In this document: positions 8,401 to 18,623 of the stretch, piece after piece
Numbering within the stretch: the first letter of the stretch is position 1
Layout of the letters: each line of letters opens with the position of its first letter
Assembly (NCBI RefSeq): GCF_001642725.1
Contig: NZ_LSUQ01000028.1
Location: 1-34,431 of the forward strand
From: Ferroacidibacillus organovorans
GTDB taxonomy: Bacteria; Bacillota; Bacilli; Alicyclobacillales; SLC66
DNA length: 34,431 nt
Direction of reading: 5' to 3'
The notes under the pieces: generated by a model
What the model was told of the DNA's origin: nothing
The model's input: only the letters and a program-made list of their open reading frames with translations
Databases searched by the model: none
Made by a program: the position numbers and the translations under genes

Positions 8401-8783
8401 TGAGTTTTTTTGCCTTAATTACGTTTGTGGCAGGAATATTTCTTTATTCTCGGTCGAGACGATCAAAGTATCGAAATTATCATGGAATGTCTGTTGAAAT
8501 GATGATTTCCATGACTGTTCCATTTGCGATAGCGGTTCTCACAGAATCAGTCTTTAAGAATGAAATCTTAGCTATCTTGGTGGCTGTTATAGGTACTCTG
8601 ATTTTGACGATGATTGAGAAAAGGGTACTGCGCATCGAAGAAATAGGTGAACGTACGATTTCATCTGTCATGAGTGCTATGATGGCTTCGATGATGGTTG
8701 GAATGTCTGATGTGATTGTTGTGAATTTTATTCTCATTGCATTGTCTGTCGTCTCTATATTGGTCGGTAAACTGATTGCTTGA
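8385..8783 (+). CDS. Met-rich small multi-pass membrane protein of unknown function
   Basis: 4-5 hydrophobic segments; 'HGMSVEMMISM' and 'VMSAMMASMMVGM'. The true start is probably ATG 8385 or GTG 8400 rather than 8328. Confidence 0.6.
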   Translation: MGVGLVSFFALITFVAGIFLYSRSRRSKYRNYHGMSVEMMISMTVPFAIAVLTESVFKNEILAILVAVIGTLILTMIEKRVLRIEEIGERTISSVMSAMMASMMVGMSDVIVVNFILIALSVVSILVGKLIA

Positions 8784-8883
8784 AAAGATGAAAAATGGAA
8801 TCAATTTTTTCATGGTAACCGATTTTTTTAACTCAAAGAACATTTCACAATAGGAAAATGAACTGGGAAGTGGGAGGAAGACC

Positions 8884-9306
8884 ATGTGGAAGAATGGAGA
8901 ACTACAAGCTTTCCATTTACGTGAACAAGGACTTCAACGCGTTTTGGGACCACTAGAAGCAGATGTCATGGAAATATTGTGGAGAATAAAAAGTGGAACT
9001 GCTCGGGAAGTCCTGATGGAATTGGAACATAAACGTCCTTTTGCCTTTAATACTGTGATGACGATCTTAAAAAGGCTCTGTGAGAAGGAACTTCTTATGC
9101 GAATAGATGAAGGTGTCGCTCGTTTTTCTCCTTGCGTCACAAAAGATGAGCTACTTAGAAGGGTATCTCAAAATGTTTCAGATTGTTTGGTGGAGGAATT
9201 TGGGGAATTGGCCATTGTTCATTTTGTCGATAGCGTTTCGCGACGCGATCCTGATCTCTTAACTGAGTTACGTCGCATTCTGAATGTTTCACAGCATGAA
9301 GAGTGA
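8884..9306 (+). CDS. BlaI/MecI/CopY-family transcriptional repressor
   Basis: 'LGPLEADVMEILW', 'AFNTVMTILKRLCEK' winged helix; lacks the CopY C-terminal CxC motif; RBS GGGAGG. Confidence 0.9.
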   Translation: MWKNGELQAFHLREQGLQRVLGPLEADVMEILWRIKSGTAREVLMELEHKRPFAFNTVMTILKRLCEKELLMRIDEGVARFSPCVTKDELLRRVSQNVSDCLVEEFGELAIVHFVDSVSRRDPDLLTELRRILNVSQHEE

Positions 9307-10163
9307 AAGCAAATCATCACAACGTCCTTTTAGTGGGGTTTTGGCTTTTTATTATCTGGCTCTTGTTGAGCATCGTAATTCTTCTGAGTCCTTTTCTTAT
9401 AAATTGGGTGAGGCATGTCTCATCCTTTGCAGCGTATTGCATAATTTGGTTAAACCAAGGGATTCAGTACTCATCGGAGAATGGTTTTGGAGCCGTCGTT
9501 TTGTTGCTAGTCGCTCAAGGAGCAATCCTATTTATGGTTATTCTACAGAGGATTCGCGCAGCGAAACTGATGGGGCGTTTAAGTTTTAGTGTTCCACCTG
9601 AATCGGTTTCTCAGTTTGCAAAAGAGCACAGTATGGAAAATAGGTTGTCGTACACTCAATCGAAGCAGATTTTTTCATTTACATCAGGATTTTTCCATCC
9701 GCGAATCGTGATTTCACAAGGGATGGTCGAATTACTTAATGAGAAGCAACTTCACGCTGTCTTACTTCATGAGCGGATGCATGCGATTGGACACCATCCG
9801 CTTCTGTTGGCATTAGCTCGCTCATTCGCAAAGGTTTTTTGGTTTTTTCCGATTGTCGGTGAAATTGTACGGCAATACCAAATACTGTTGGAACTTGATG
9901 CAGATCAGTTTGCCATTCGTCATGTGGGAAAAGAACACCTTGCTGCAGCACTTCTTGCTGTAATGGAAGTCGATTTGAAACACGTACATGTTCATGAGGT
10001 CGCTTGGAATGGCTTTGATGATTTCATGAGACCACGCGTATATCAACTGATTGGACAAGAAGCAAGGCGCGACGTAAAACGCAAGTGGATGATCCGATCA
10101 ACGATTCAATCAGGGACGTCTTTCCTTTTGTTTATTCTACTTTTAGTAGCTTCTTGTTTGTGA
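9303..10163 (+). CDS. M56-family (BlaR1/MecR1-like) membrane metallopeptidase without a penicillin-binding sensor domain
   Basis: 'GFFHPRIVIS', 'LLHERMHA' (HExxH), 'ELDADQFA'; coupled to the repressor by GTGA overlap. Confidence 0.9.
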   Translation: MKANHHNVLLVGFWLFIIWLLLSIVILLSPFLINWVRHVSSFAAYCIIWLNQGIQYSSENGFGAVVLLLVAQGAILFMVILQRIRAAKLMGRLSFSVPPESVSQFAKEHSMENRLSYTQSKQIFSFTSGFFHPRIVISQGMVELLNEKQLHAVLLHERMHAIGHHPLLLALARSFAKVFWFFPIVGEIVRQYQILLELDADQFAIRHVGKEHLAAALLAVMEVDLKHVHVHEVAWNGFDDFMRPRVYQLIGQEARRDVKRKWMIRSTIQSGTSFLLFILLLVASCL

Positions 10164-10185
10164 TCACTTTTAAAGTAAGGAGAAA

Positions 10186-10719
10186 ATGGTGATGCGATTT
10201 CATTCGATTCGGATTTGGATAGTGGCTGTACTTATCCTTGTGATGATTTTAGTTGTAATCGTGAATCAGGTAAAGGGAAATCCAGCAACGTTACCTGAAC
10301 CCGGATATCAAGCCCCTCCCTTTCGATTAATGACTTTTAATGGGGGTACACGGTCATTATCACAATATCGAGGAAAGGACGTATTTATAAATTTTTGGGC
10401 ATCTTGGTGCCCGCCCTGTCAGGCAGAGACTCCTGATTTGGTAAGGATGTATCGTCAATATGGGAAGCAAGTTGTTTTTCTTGGTATCAATTTAACAGGG
10501 AGTGACACCGTGCAGTCGGCGAAGGGATTCATTCAGTATTATCACATTCCTTATACAGTCTTAGAGGATCCCAAAGATGTTATAGCTAAAAAATACGACG
10601 TTATTGCAATTCCGACGAGTCTTTTTATAAACGGTAGGGGGATCATTGTAAACCGTGTAACTGGGGGTATGTCTAAAGCGATGATGCAGGAAAATTTCAA
10701 GGCACTGATTAACCATTGA
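10186..10719 (+). CDS. TlpA/ResA-family membrane-anchored thiol-disulfide oxidoreductase
   Basis: 'NFWASWCPPCQAE', 'AIPTS'; N-terminal TM; RBS AAGGAG. Confidence 0.9.
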   Translation: MVMRFHSIRIWIVAVLILVMILVVIVNQVKGNPATLPEPGYQAPPFRLMTFNGGTRSLSQYRGKDVFINFWASWCPPCQAETPDLVRMYRQYGKQVVFLGINLTGSDTVQSAKGFIQYYHIPYTVLEDPKDVIAKKYDVIAIPTSLFINGRGIIVNRVTGGMSKAMMQENFKALINH

Positions 10720-10731
10720 TTAGAGGTGTGA

Positions 10732-11451
10732 ATGGATATGCTTGCATTGCTCGGAGGTTTCACGATAGGAGAAATTACCATTCCTTATGCATGGATCGGT
10801 GTTTTTCTCGGTGTTTATTTAGGTACACAGTTTATGAAATGGCATGTTCAGCGCACATCGATTCAACAAGGTCAACAAATAAGCGAACTTCTCTTTTCTA
10901 TTGTTTTGGTGGGGGTTCTGGGATGGAAGTTTTCCAATCTCTTGCTTAATCCAATGGATGCCATTCGCAATCCATTGTCAATGTTGGCGATTCCAGGAAG
11001 CACCTATGCAGGAGAGGCAGGTCTTCTCGTTGCGCTCACCTATGGTTCCTATAAGTGGTGGAGACTCAAACTCATCTGGCGTTCTGTCATCGATATTTGG
11101 CCAATCGGACTTGTAGCGGGTGGTGCAGTTACGGAGTTGTTTTGGTTATCTCTAGGTAAGACTACCCATTTGCCTTGGGGCGTTCATGCCTATGGTCAAG
11201 TATATCAACCCACAAATTTTTATGAGTCTATGGTGCTATGGGTTTCTCTTGCTATCGTCTGGAAGATGCGCGTTAGGAATAAAGGAAGTTGGTTACTTAT
11301 ATTTGTTGGAATTGGATCTCTTCTCGTATCGATTACAACTGTAAATACGTGGGTAATCATCGGATTAAGTCCTGGGCAATGGGTGGCTTTAGTGCTTGCA
11401 TTGCTCGGAATAATCAGTGTACGAGAAAATGATCGGAGGCAGATCGTGTGA
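10732..11451 (+). CDS. Divergent Lgt-like (prolipoprotein diacylglyceryl transferase family) membrane protein
   Basis: 'LGKTTHLPWGV...YQPTNFYES' matches the Lgt GxxTxLPW...HPxQLYE region, but the GRxGNF signature is absent. Confidence 0.6.
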   Translation: MDMLALLGGFTIGEITIPYAWIGVFLGVYLGTQFMKWHVQRTSIQQGQQISELLFSIVLVGVLGWKFSNLLLNPMDAIRNPLSMLAIPGSTYAGEAGLLVALTYGSYKWWRLKLIWRSVIDIWPIGLVAGGAVTELFWLSLGKTTHLPWGVHAYGQVYQPTNFYESMVLWVSLAIVWKMRVRNKGSWLLIFVGIGSLLVSITTVNTWVIIGLSPGQWVALVLALLGIISVRENDRRQIV

Positions 11452-12164
11452 ATATGGTCCCGTCCATTTGGCTCGCATTCATAGCCGGCCTGGTGTCTTT
11501 TATTTCACCCTGTTGTCTTCCGCTTTACCCATCGTATATTTCCTACATCTCTGGGGTTTCTTACGGAGCCTATCAAAAAGGGAATATCCCTTCAGAAATT
11601 CGAAAACGGGCATTATCGCACGCAGTCTTCTTTGTGCTTGGTTTTTCTGTCATTTTTGTAGCGCTCGGCGCCTCGGCAAGCCTTCTTGGTCTGTTGTTTG
11701 CACAATATCGATCGGTGCTTAGCCAAGTTGGAGGTGTCATTGTAATTGTCATGGGGCTATTTCTCATGGGAGTTATTAAACCGGGATTCCTGATGAGAGA
11801 ACTTAAGTGGCACGTGGATTCCAAACCGCAAGGTTTTCTCGGTGCATTTGTCATTGGGATGAGCTTTTCTGCAGGATGGACACCATGTATTGGTCCAATT
11901 TTGGCATCAGTCATTACTGTTGCTGCGACCAATCAGTTAAATGGTGCACTTCTCATGCTTTTTTATACGGTTGGATTTGCCATACCATTTCTTATTTTGG
12001 CTTATACACTTGGTTCCGTTCGAAAATTGCATACATACAGTTATCGTGTTAATCAGATTGGCGGAGGAATTATGGTATTCATGGGCATTTTATTGGCAAC
12101 GGGACAGCTGACGTTAATCATTAAGTGGTTGATTGGGCTATATCACGGGTACATTGGCATGTAA
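11448..12164 (+). CDS. ccdA: CcdA/DsbD-type transmembrane electron transporter
   Basis: 'SFISPCCLPLYPSY' and 'WTPCIGPILAS' Cys motifs; about 6 TM. Confidence 0.9.
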   Translation: MNMVPSIWLAFIAGLVSFISPCCLPLYPSYISYISGVSYGAYQKGNIPSEIRKRALSHAVFFVLGFSVIFVALGASASLLGLLFAQYRSVLSQVGGVIVIVMGLFLMGVIKPGFLMRELKWHVDSKPQGFLGAFVIGMSFSAGWTPCIGPILASVITVAATNQLNGALLMLFYTVGFAIPFLILAYTLGSVRKLHTYSYRVNQIGGGIMVFMGILLATGQLTLIIKWLIGLYHGYIGM

Positions 12165-12230
12165 CGTATAGGCGATCCTCTTAAAGGGTATATTATGATT
12201 CTTCAAAAATCATAGAAATGAGGATTAAAA

Positions 12231-12974
12231 ATGCAAATTTTCTCTTTAACATGGATCGTAATCTCAGTCTGTTGTACGTTCTGGTTGGTGAAAGATCTTC
12301 GCCACCAACCGGAAATCATGTCCATGATGAAAATCGCATGGATATTAATTACGCTTTACCTCGGATTCATCGGAATTTGGCTATACCACCGTAGTTGTCG
12401 CGAGCCAGAACCGGGCACTCACGATGCATTTGTTGCGCCGATGTGGAAGCAGTCGGTAGGTTCTGTCATGCATTGCGTAGCTGGTGACGCGTTAGGGATT
12501 GTCGCTGCATCGACTGTTGCGACTTGGTTAAGGTTACCCGAGTCTCAGAGCATGGTGGTTGAGTACATCGCTGGCTTTTTAATGGGATGGCTGTTTTTCC
12601 AAACGATTCCTATGATGAAAATGAACGGAACAACATTTAAACATGAATTGAAAACTGCCTTTTTTGCGGAATTTTTATCATTGACCTTTATGGTGATTGG
12701 CATGTTTCCGACGATGGCGTACTTCATGAGGATTTGGCATGTCATGTCTGCTGTAGATCTTCGATTCTGGCTGATCATGTCGATTAGCATTTTGATTGGA
12801 TCGATTGTAACGTATCCAATCAATTGGTGGATGGTTCGCCGTGGAATGAAACACGGAATGGGTAGTTCACATGTATTGGGACATGGCGGAAATCATGGTC
12901 TTCATCAGGAAGTGCACACTTCGGAACATGACAAGGATGTCGCTGTTCATCATAAGTTGTCGCATAAGCACTAA
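12231..12974 (+). CDS. DUF4396-like membrane protein with His-rich C-terminal tail
   Basis: 'MHCVAGDALG', 'FWLIMSIS', 'YPINWWMV...GMKHGM'; His-rich tail. Confidence 0.7.
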   Translation: MQIFSLTWIVISVCCTFWLVKDLRHQPEIMSMMKIAWILITLYLGFIGIWLYHRSCREPEPGTHDAFVAPMWKQSVGSVMHCVAGDALGIVAASTVATWLRLPESQSMVVEYIAGFLMGWLFFQTIPMMKMNGTTFKHELKTAFFAEFLSLTFMVIGMFPTMAYFMRIWHVMSAVDLRFWLIMSISILIGSIVTYPINWWMVRRGMKHGMGSSHVLGHGGNHGLHQEVHTSEHDKDVAVHHKLSHKH

Positions 12975-13145
12975 TACGAATTCTATCTTTTTGCAGCGGC
13001 GCACCTGACAATACTTGATACTTCGGTTATGCACTTTTTTCGATCGTGAGGATCGATCATTGAATCAATATACGATGCTTTCTGAACACAAAATTGCTTG
13101 GATCATTGTAGAGTTTTGGCTATAGTCATTGTGGAGGCGTTCATT

Positions 13146-13994
13146 TTGCGGTTTGTTCGTAAAAAACGGTGGATTATCATTTTTGCGCTGGTGGTCGTTA
13201 CCGTTATAGGGTATCATCGTTCTCTTTCTCGCTTGATAGAAAACCACGTTTTGCTTGGATTACAAAAAGCGGTTTCGATTCAAAGTTCCAAAAAGGAGGG
13301 GCAAGGGGTAGCCAGTAAATCGATTCGAACTCATACGAAATCGAGTGGAACAGTACATTCCAATTTATTTGGCTCATTGCAAACTGTCAGAGATCCATCG
13401 AGTCAATTGGTTCTTGTAAATAAAGAAAATCGCTTGCCCAGTGGGTATGTACCGAGTGATCTTGTTGTCCCGAGTGTACCATTTCTGTACGGTGCGCGAG
13501 ATGCTGAGTTTCATTTAATGAGGAAAGTAGCGGCACTTGCGCTAGCGAGAATGTTTGCTGCCGCAAAGCAAGATGGCGTCTTTATGGATGGAGTTTCCGC
13601 CTATCGGTCGTATGCGACACAAGCATCCCTTTTTGCACAGTATGTTCAACAGTATGGAAAATTGGCGGCAGAGCAATTTAGCGCGCTGCCTGGAGAGAGT
13701 GAACATGAGACTGGTCTTGCCATTGATGTCTCTGGAAGCAGTGGACGTTGCGCTGTTCAAAGTTGCTTTTCAAAGACCCCGCAAGCCATCTGGTTACAAA
13801 AACATGCGGCGACATATGGATTTATCATTCGATATCCTAAAGGAAAACAAGCGATAACGGGTTATGAATATGAACCATGGCATATTCGTTATGTGGGAAT
13901 TCTTCCTGCAAAATATATCGTGGGGCATAATATAACGTTTGAACAGTACGTAGCCATGATGAATGGTAAGACTCAACCGAATTCATCACTTTGA
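13146..13994 (+). CDS. M15B-family D,D/L,D-carboxypeptidase (VanY/YodJ/LdcB-like)
   Basis: 'LVLVNK', 'SAYRSY', 'SEHETGLAID', 'YEPWHIRYVG'; start placed at TTG 13146 after GGAGG. Confidence 0.9.
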   Translation: MRFVRKKRWIIIFALVVVTVIGYHRSLSRLIENHVLLGLQKAVSIQSSKKEGQGVASKSIRTHTKSSGTVHSNLFGSLQTVRDPSSQLVLVNKENRLPSGYVPSDLVVPSVPFLYGARDAEFHLMRKVAALALARMFAAAKQDGVFMDGVSAYRSYATQASLFAQYVQQYGKLAAEQFSALPGESEHETGLAIDVSGSSGRCAVQSCFSKTPQAIWLQKHAATYGFIIRYPKGKQAITGYEYEPWHIRYVGILPAKYIVGHNITFEQYVAMMNGKTQPNSSL

Positions 13995-14037
13995 ACCCCT
14001 CGGCGAGTCTTGCCATATCAGTCCGTGAAACGGAGTA

Positions 14038-15261
14038 TTATTTCGACAAGCCTTTTGACATGTTTGCCTGTAGGTTTGATGTAAGGTTTGAAAAAGAGAT
14101 TAATCCTTGATGATACCAAAGGATGTGCCCGGTACCAGATACTAAAACTTGTGTGGGAATCCCTGTGATCCCGTACAAGTCACTCACGCTGCCAGTCGCG
14201 TCTAAAGCAACTGGGTATTGAAGATGGTTTGTGACCATGTATTGTTTTACATGTAGCGTCGATGGCTCAGATTGTCGCAGATCTACGGCGAAAAGAGTAG
14301 GCCATGTGGGATGTCTTTTTGTCCATTGCGCATACTTTTGTAACGTTGGTGTTTCCATTTGGCAATCTGGACACCACGTTGCAAAAAACTCGAGCAGTGT
14401 AGAATGCCCAGTGTGGCCGATTGAAATATTTCGCGTCGTCGGTAGTCCAGACTTGTTGGGAAAAAGTGTTGGAAGCGTAAATGCGCGATCTACAGCTGAG
14501 GAAGGTCCAAGTGAGCTTGGAAGATACTCTAGCTGTCGTGCGGGCGCGAATTGAGAAGGGCTTACATGTCCAGGCAAGAGGGGAGCAATGTGGTTTTCGA
14601 TCTCCTGTACTTGGGCAGAAATCGTCGATGCTTGAGGATCTGTACTGTTTAGGTACAGCCATTTTTCATGACCTTTTGCGTCGATGACAAAAACGGCCGC
14701 GATGTGTTCTACAAGATTGCCGTGAAGGATTTGACTTGAGACGTAGTAATTTTTCCAAACGTTTTGCAAGGAATCGGTAGGGCCTGTGAGGTACTGCCAC
14801 TCATGGAGCATCCCATGCGAAGATGACCAATCATAGACGTCTTTTACCTTGGTTGCGATCGGGTTTGCATTGACCGCAACCAACTGTACATTTTTTCGAT
14901 ACGGACCAAGATCATACATGAGATTTTTTAATACGACTGCAGTAAGCGGGCATACTGTGGTGCATTTGCTATCAATAAATGTCAAAACAACAATTTTACC
15001 CCTATAATTCTTTAGAGAGATCGATTTTCCAAATTGATTGGTCAGTGTGAAGTTGGGGGCCATTTTGTTTCCAAGTGACGCTCCAGGATCGACATTTGGA
15101 TTGGATGCAGGGTTATTCGTATTTGGAGTAGCCGTATTTGACTTGGGAATAGGGTGGATATTTGATACAAACCGCCAAGTAAAGAAGGTAATGGCGAGAA
15201 GAAAAAGAATCGTTACAAATGCAATCGTGATTTCAATCAAATGCTTTATGGATCGATTCAA
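14038..15261 (-). CDS. Membrane-anchored SCO1/SenC domain fused to a C-terminal TlpA-like thioredoxin domain
   Basis: 'APNFTLTNQFGK', CxxxC 'CTTVCP' and 'EHIAAVFVID' (SCO), then 'FFATWCPDCQME' and 'GIPTQ' (TlpA); start TTG 15261 after AAGGAG. Confidence 0.85.
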   Translation of the reverse strand: MNRSIKHLIEITIAFVTILFLLAITFFTWRFVSNIHPIPKSNTATPNTNNPASNPNVDPGASLGNKMAPNFTLTNQFGKSISLKNYRGKIVVLTFIDSKCTTVCPLTAVVLKNLMYDLGPYRKNVQLVAVNANPIATKVKDVYDWSSSHGMLHEWQYLTGPTDSLQNVWKNYYVSSQILHGNLVEHIAAVFVIDAKGHEKWLYLNSTDPQASTISAQVQEIENHIAPLLPGHVSPSQFAPARQLEYLPSSLGPSSAVDRAFTLPTLFPNKSGLPTTRNISIGHTGHSTLLEFFATWCPDCQMETPTLQKYAQWTKRHPTWPTLFAVDLRQSEPSTLHVKQYMVTNHLQYPVALDATGSVSDLYGITGIPTQVLVSGTGHILWYHQGLISFSNLTSNLQANMSKGLSK

Positions 15262-15299
15262 AATGATAAACTCCTTTCGCTTGACCCTCTCGCGATCTT

Positions 15300-16001
15300 T
15301 TATAAGCCTGTAATAAGCAGACCGCGAGGGCCTTCCAGCCAGTACCACAATAAATAAAGTCCTGCGAAGATCATTACGATCGCACTCAACTTCTGGATAT
15401 AAGGAAGCGCGAATCGAATAAAAACCTCAACCGTTTGCCGAGCTGTTGTGGCAAGTATGGATAGGATGGTGATCACAATCCCCATCCCAATACTGTAAGC
15501 TAAAAATGAGATAATCCCGTTACTGAATCCCGTAACGAATCCCTGGGATGCCACGCTGACAAAAACGGGTAAACTACAGCTCAGGGATGCAATGCCAAAT
15601 GCGATTCCAAAGGCGAAAAAAGAACCGGAGGAACCTCGCGCAAAGAGTCCTTCAAGGCGAGTGGTTAGTTTCCCTGTGTGGAATCCAAGATAAAGGTTGC
15701 CACGCCAAACATAGAAGGCCATGATAAACAAGAGTATGGCTAAGAGAATCGACAGTATGGGTGCTGCGCCAAAAAGCCACTGACCTAGGGTAGAGACCAG
15801 GAGACCCGCAACCCCGAACATGAGGATAAACCCTAAGGTCATGAGCATTCCGGCACGCAAGCCGTCCATCCATCCCCACCTTGGCCTATGAATTCGACCA
15901 GAGAGCAAGTACATGAGGTAAGAAGGAAGAAGTGCAATACCACATGGATTAAAAGCGGTAACCATGCCTGCAGTACCAGAAATCAGCCATGAAATAGGCA
16001 A
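15300..16001 (-). CDS. CcdA/DsbD-family transmembrane protein
   Basis: 'TAFNPCGIALLPSY' and 'SLSCSLP'; start TTG 16001 after CAGGAGGT. Confidence 0.85.
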   Translation of the reverse strand: MPISWLISGTAGMVTAFNPCGIALLPSYLMYLLSGRIHRPRWGWMDGLRAGMLMTLGFILMFGVAGLLVSTLGQWLFGAAPILSILLAILLFIMAFYVWRGNLYLGFHTGKLTTRLEGLFARGSSGSFFAFGIAFGIASLSCSLPVFVSVASQGFVTGFSNGIISFLAYSIGMGIVITILSILATTARQTVEVFIRFALPYIQKLSAIVMIFAGLYLLWYWLEGPRGLLITGL

Positions 16002-16047
16002 GATTTTACCTCCTGAAATGATTCGAAAACAGAATTGTTGTGGGGCA

Positions 16048-16098
16048 ACCTTAGCACAATTTTTCGCATTTGACAAATAGGGTGCGGGGGTATACTAT
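16048..16098. promoter_or_regulatory. Back-to-back promoters (csoR-copA-copZ on +, ccdA-sco on -) with a CsoR-type operator
   Basis: + strand TTGACA (16070), 17 bp, TACTAT (16093), with the G-tract ATAGGGTGCGGGGGTAT in the spacer; - strand TTGTCA-17-TAAGGT overlapping the same -35. Confidence 0.7.
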
Positions 16099-16118
16099 CT
16101 GTGTCGGGTGGTGATGAA

Positions 16119-16394
16119 ATGCACGGGTACCAAAAGGATGCAGAAGATTTATTGAACAGGTTGCGCAAAGTGGAAGGTCAGGTGCGTGGCATACAAAAGA
16201 TGATTCAAGAAGATCGCTATTGTGTAGACATTTTGACGCAATTTTCATCGATCAAATCGGCTCTCGCAAAAATCGAGTTGGCGCTCCTTGAGAGTCACAC
16301 GCGCGGATGTGTGGTGGACGCCATTCAAGGTGGCGGCGGGGATGAGAAGATTGACGAATTGATGCACGTGATCCGGGCGAGTATGAAGGGGTAG
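16119..16394 (+). CDS. csoR: Copper-sensing repressor CsoR
   Basis: 'NRLRKVEGQVRGIQKM', 'RYCVDIL', 'SHTRGCV' (Cys-His-Cys Cu(I) ligands); directly upstream of copA. Confidence 0.9.
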   Translation: MHGYQKDAEDLLNRLRKVEGQVRGIQKMIQEDRYCVDILTQFSSIKSALAKIELALLESHTRGCVVDAIQGGGGDEKIDELMHVIRASMKG

Positions 16395-16406
16395 AGGTGA
16401 TCGCAG

Positions 16407-18623
16407 ATGGCAGAGGCAGTTCTTGAAACGGAGCGCGTCCCTTCCGAGCAGATTCAGATGAACATCACGGGGATGACATGCGCGGCGTGTGCGGCGCGTA
16501 TCGAGAAACAGTTGAACAAAGCACCGGGTGTCGTGCGGGTGAACGTCAATCTCGCGAGCGAAAAGGCGGTTGTGGAGTACGCGACGGGGACACTCACACC
16601 GGATGCGATCATTCGTGTCATTGAGAAGACAGGGTACGGCGCGGAACCGGTTACGGAGGCGTTGGGCGAGGAGCGCGAAGATCAGCGCATTGCGTATCGC
16701 AACTTGCGCGTCGCGTTTTGGGCGGGCGTTGTGTTGACGCTGCCCCTCGTGGTTCAGATGATCAGTGGTTTTATTCCACACGCGTCCTTTATGCTCCCTG
16801 TGTGGCTGCAAATCGCGCTTGCGACACCAGTTCAGTTTGTGGTGGGCTGGCGCTTTTACAAAGGGGCGTATCACGCCCTGCGCGGCGGCGCGCCAAACAT
16901 GGATGTGCTCGTCTCTTTGGGGACATCGGCCGCCTATTTGTTCAGTTTGGCAGTCGTCATCTGGCGCATCCCGTCTGGTCTCTACTTTGACTCGGCGGCG
17001 CTGATCACGACGCTCATTTTGATGGGCAAACTGCTTGAGCATAAGGCGAAGGCGCAGACGTCGCGCGCGGTGCGGGCGCTCGTAAAGTTGCAGGCAAAAA
17101 CGGCGCGCGTGATTCGCGACGGTCAAGAGATGGACATTCCCACAGAGCAGGTGGTGACAGGGGATGAGCTGCTCGTGCGGCCGGGGGAGAGCCTCCCGGT
17201 GGACGGGATCATCCTGTCGGGGCGGACGTCGATTGATGAATCGATGCTGACGGGAGAGAGCATGCCTGTGGCAAAAGAGGCGGGCAGTGCGGTGTTTGGC
17301 GCGACACTCAACAAGGAAGGCGCATTTCACATGCGGGCGACCAAGGTGGGGCGCGACACGGCGCTGGCGCAGATCATTCGCATGGTGGACGAGGCGCAGG
17401 GGTCGAAGGCGCCGATTCAACAGCTGGCAGACAAGGTGTCGGGGATCTTTGTGCCGATTGTGCTTGTTGTATCACTCGTGACGTTTATCGGGTGGTATTT
17501 TGCGGCCGGGTTCACGCACGCGCTGATCAATGCGGTGGCGGTTCTGGTCATCGCGTGCCCCTGTTCGCTTGGTCTTGCGACGCCGACGGCGATCATGGTG
17601 GGGACAGGAAAAGGCGCCGAGAATGGCATCCTGATCAAGGGCGGCGAAGCACTCGAACAGGCACATCGACTGACGGCGGTGATCCTTGACAAGACAGGGA
17701 CGATTACGAGCGGTCGCCCGGAGGTGACAGACGTGGCTGCGCTGTCTGATCGCGTGTGGGAGCGGGATCTGCTCGCATTGGCAGCCTCTGTTGAGCGCGA
17801 GTCGGAGCATCCGCTGGGCGCGGCGATCGTTTCTCATGCGCAAGCGCAGGGTCTGATTTTGCCGACGGCGAAAGATACAACGGCCATTCCGGGTTATGGC
17901 GTGCGCGCAACGGTGGAGGGCATGCTCGTGTTGATTGGCAACCGCGCCTTCATGGAGCGCGAAGGCGTTGCACTGGAGGACGGGGCTGACAGACAGGCGA
18001 TAGGCTTTGAAGCGATGGGCAAGACGGCGATGTGGGTGGCGCGCGATCGTGAGCTGCTCGGGATCATCGCGGTGGCGGATGGGGTCAGAGAGACGTCGCG
18101 GCAGGCGATCGCAGAGATGACTTCGCTCGGGCTTTCGGTGTACATGCTGACGGGAGATAACCACAAGACAGCACAGGCGATCGCCCAATCGGTGGGGATT
18201 GCGGCAGAGCGCGTTTTTGCGGAGGTGCTGCCTCAGCAAAAGGCGGAGATGGTCAAAAAGCTGCAAGGGGAAGGAAATGTGGTTGGCATGGTGGGCGACG
18301 GGATCAACGATGCCCCGGCGCTTGCCTCCGCAGAGATCGGTTTTGCCATCGGATCGGGTACGGACGTAGCCATTGAGACGGCGGACATCGCGCTTTTGCG
18401 CGGGGATCTGTTGAGCGTGGTCACCGCGATCCGTCTCTCGAACGCGACCATAAAAAAAATCCGGCAAAACCTCTTCTGGGCATTTGGCTACAATTCGCTC
18501 GGCGTACCGCTGGCCGCACTCGGGTTCATCAGCCCGGTGATTGCCGGCGCCGCGATGGCGCTCAGTTCGGTGAGTGTTGTGAGCAACTCTCTGTTGTTGC
18601 GGCGTTTTCGCTCGACAGTGTGA
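16407..18623 (+). CDS. copA: Copper-translocating P1B-type ATPase
   Basis: [38 protein letters not shown] and MALSS motifs. Confidence 0.97.
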   Translation: MAEAVLETERVPSEQIQMNITGMTCAACAARIEKQLNKAPGVVRVNVNLASEKAVVEYATGTLTPDAIIRVIEKTGYGAEPVTEALGEEREDQRIAYRNLRVAFWAGVVLTLPLVVQMISGFIPHASFMLPVWLQIALATPVQFVVGWRFYKGAYHALRGGAPNMDVLVSLGTSAAYLFSLAVVIWRIPSGLYFDSAALITTLILMGKLLEHKAKAQTSRAVRALVKLQAKTARVIRDGQEMDIPTEQVVTGDELLVRPGESLPVDGIILSGRTSIDESMLTGESMPVAKEAGSAVFGATLNKEGAFHMRATKVGRDTALAQIIRMVDEAQGSKAPIQQLADKVSGIFVPIVLVVSLVTFIGWYFAAGFTHALINAVAVLVIACPCSLGLATPTAIMVGTGKGAENGILIKGGEALEQAHRLTAVILDKTGTITSGRPEVTDVAALSDRVWERDLLALAASVERESEHPLGAAIVSHAQAQGLILPTAKDTTAIPGYGVRATVEGMLVLIGNRAFMEREGVALEDGADRQAIGFEAMGKTAMWVARDRELLGIIAVADGVRETSRQAIAEMTSLGLSVYMLTGDNHKTAQAIAQSVGIAAERVFAEVLPQQKAEMVKKLQGEGNVVGMVGDGINDAPALASAEIGFAIGSGTDVAIETADIALLRGDLLSVVTAIRLSNATIKKIRQNLFWAFGYNSLGVPLAALGFISPVIAGAAMALSSVSVVSNSLLLRRFRSTV

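Noticed and set aside
8833..8864. TTCACA upstream of the BlaI-like gene as a sixth regulon site
   Set aside because: Lacks the CWTTC core, and the hexamer at +9 (TGAACT) is a poor -10.
8884..13994. BlaI/M56 plus VanY-like gene as a beta-lactam or glycopeptide resistance locus
   Set aside because: No beta-lactamase, PBP sensor domain or van ligase; M15B peptidases are common housekeeping enzymes, and the intervening genes are metal/redox related.
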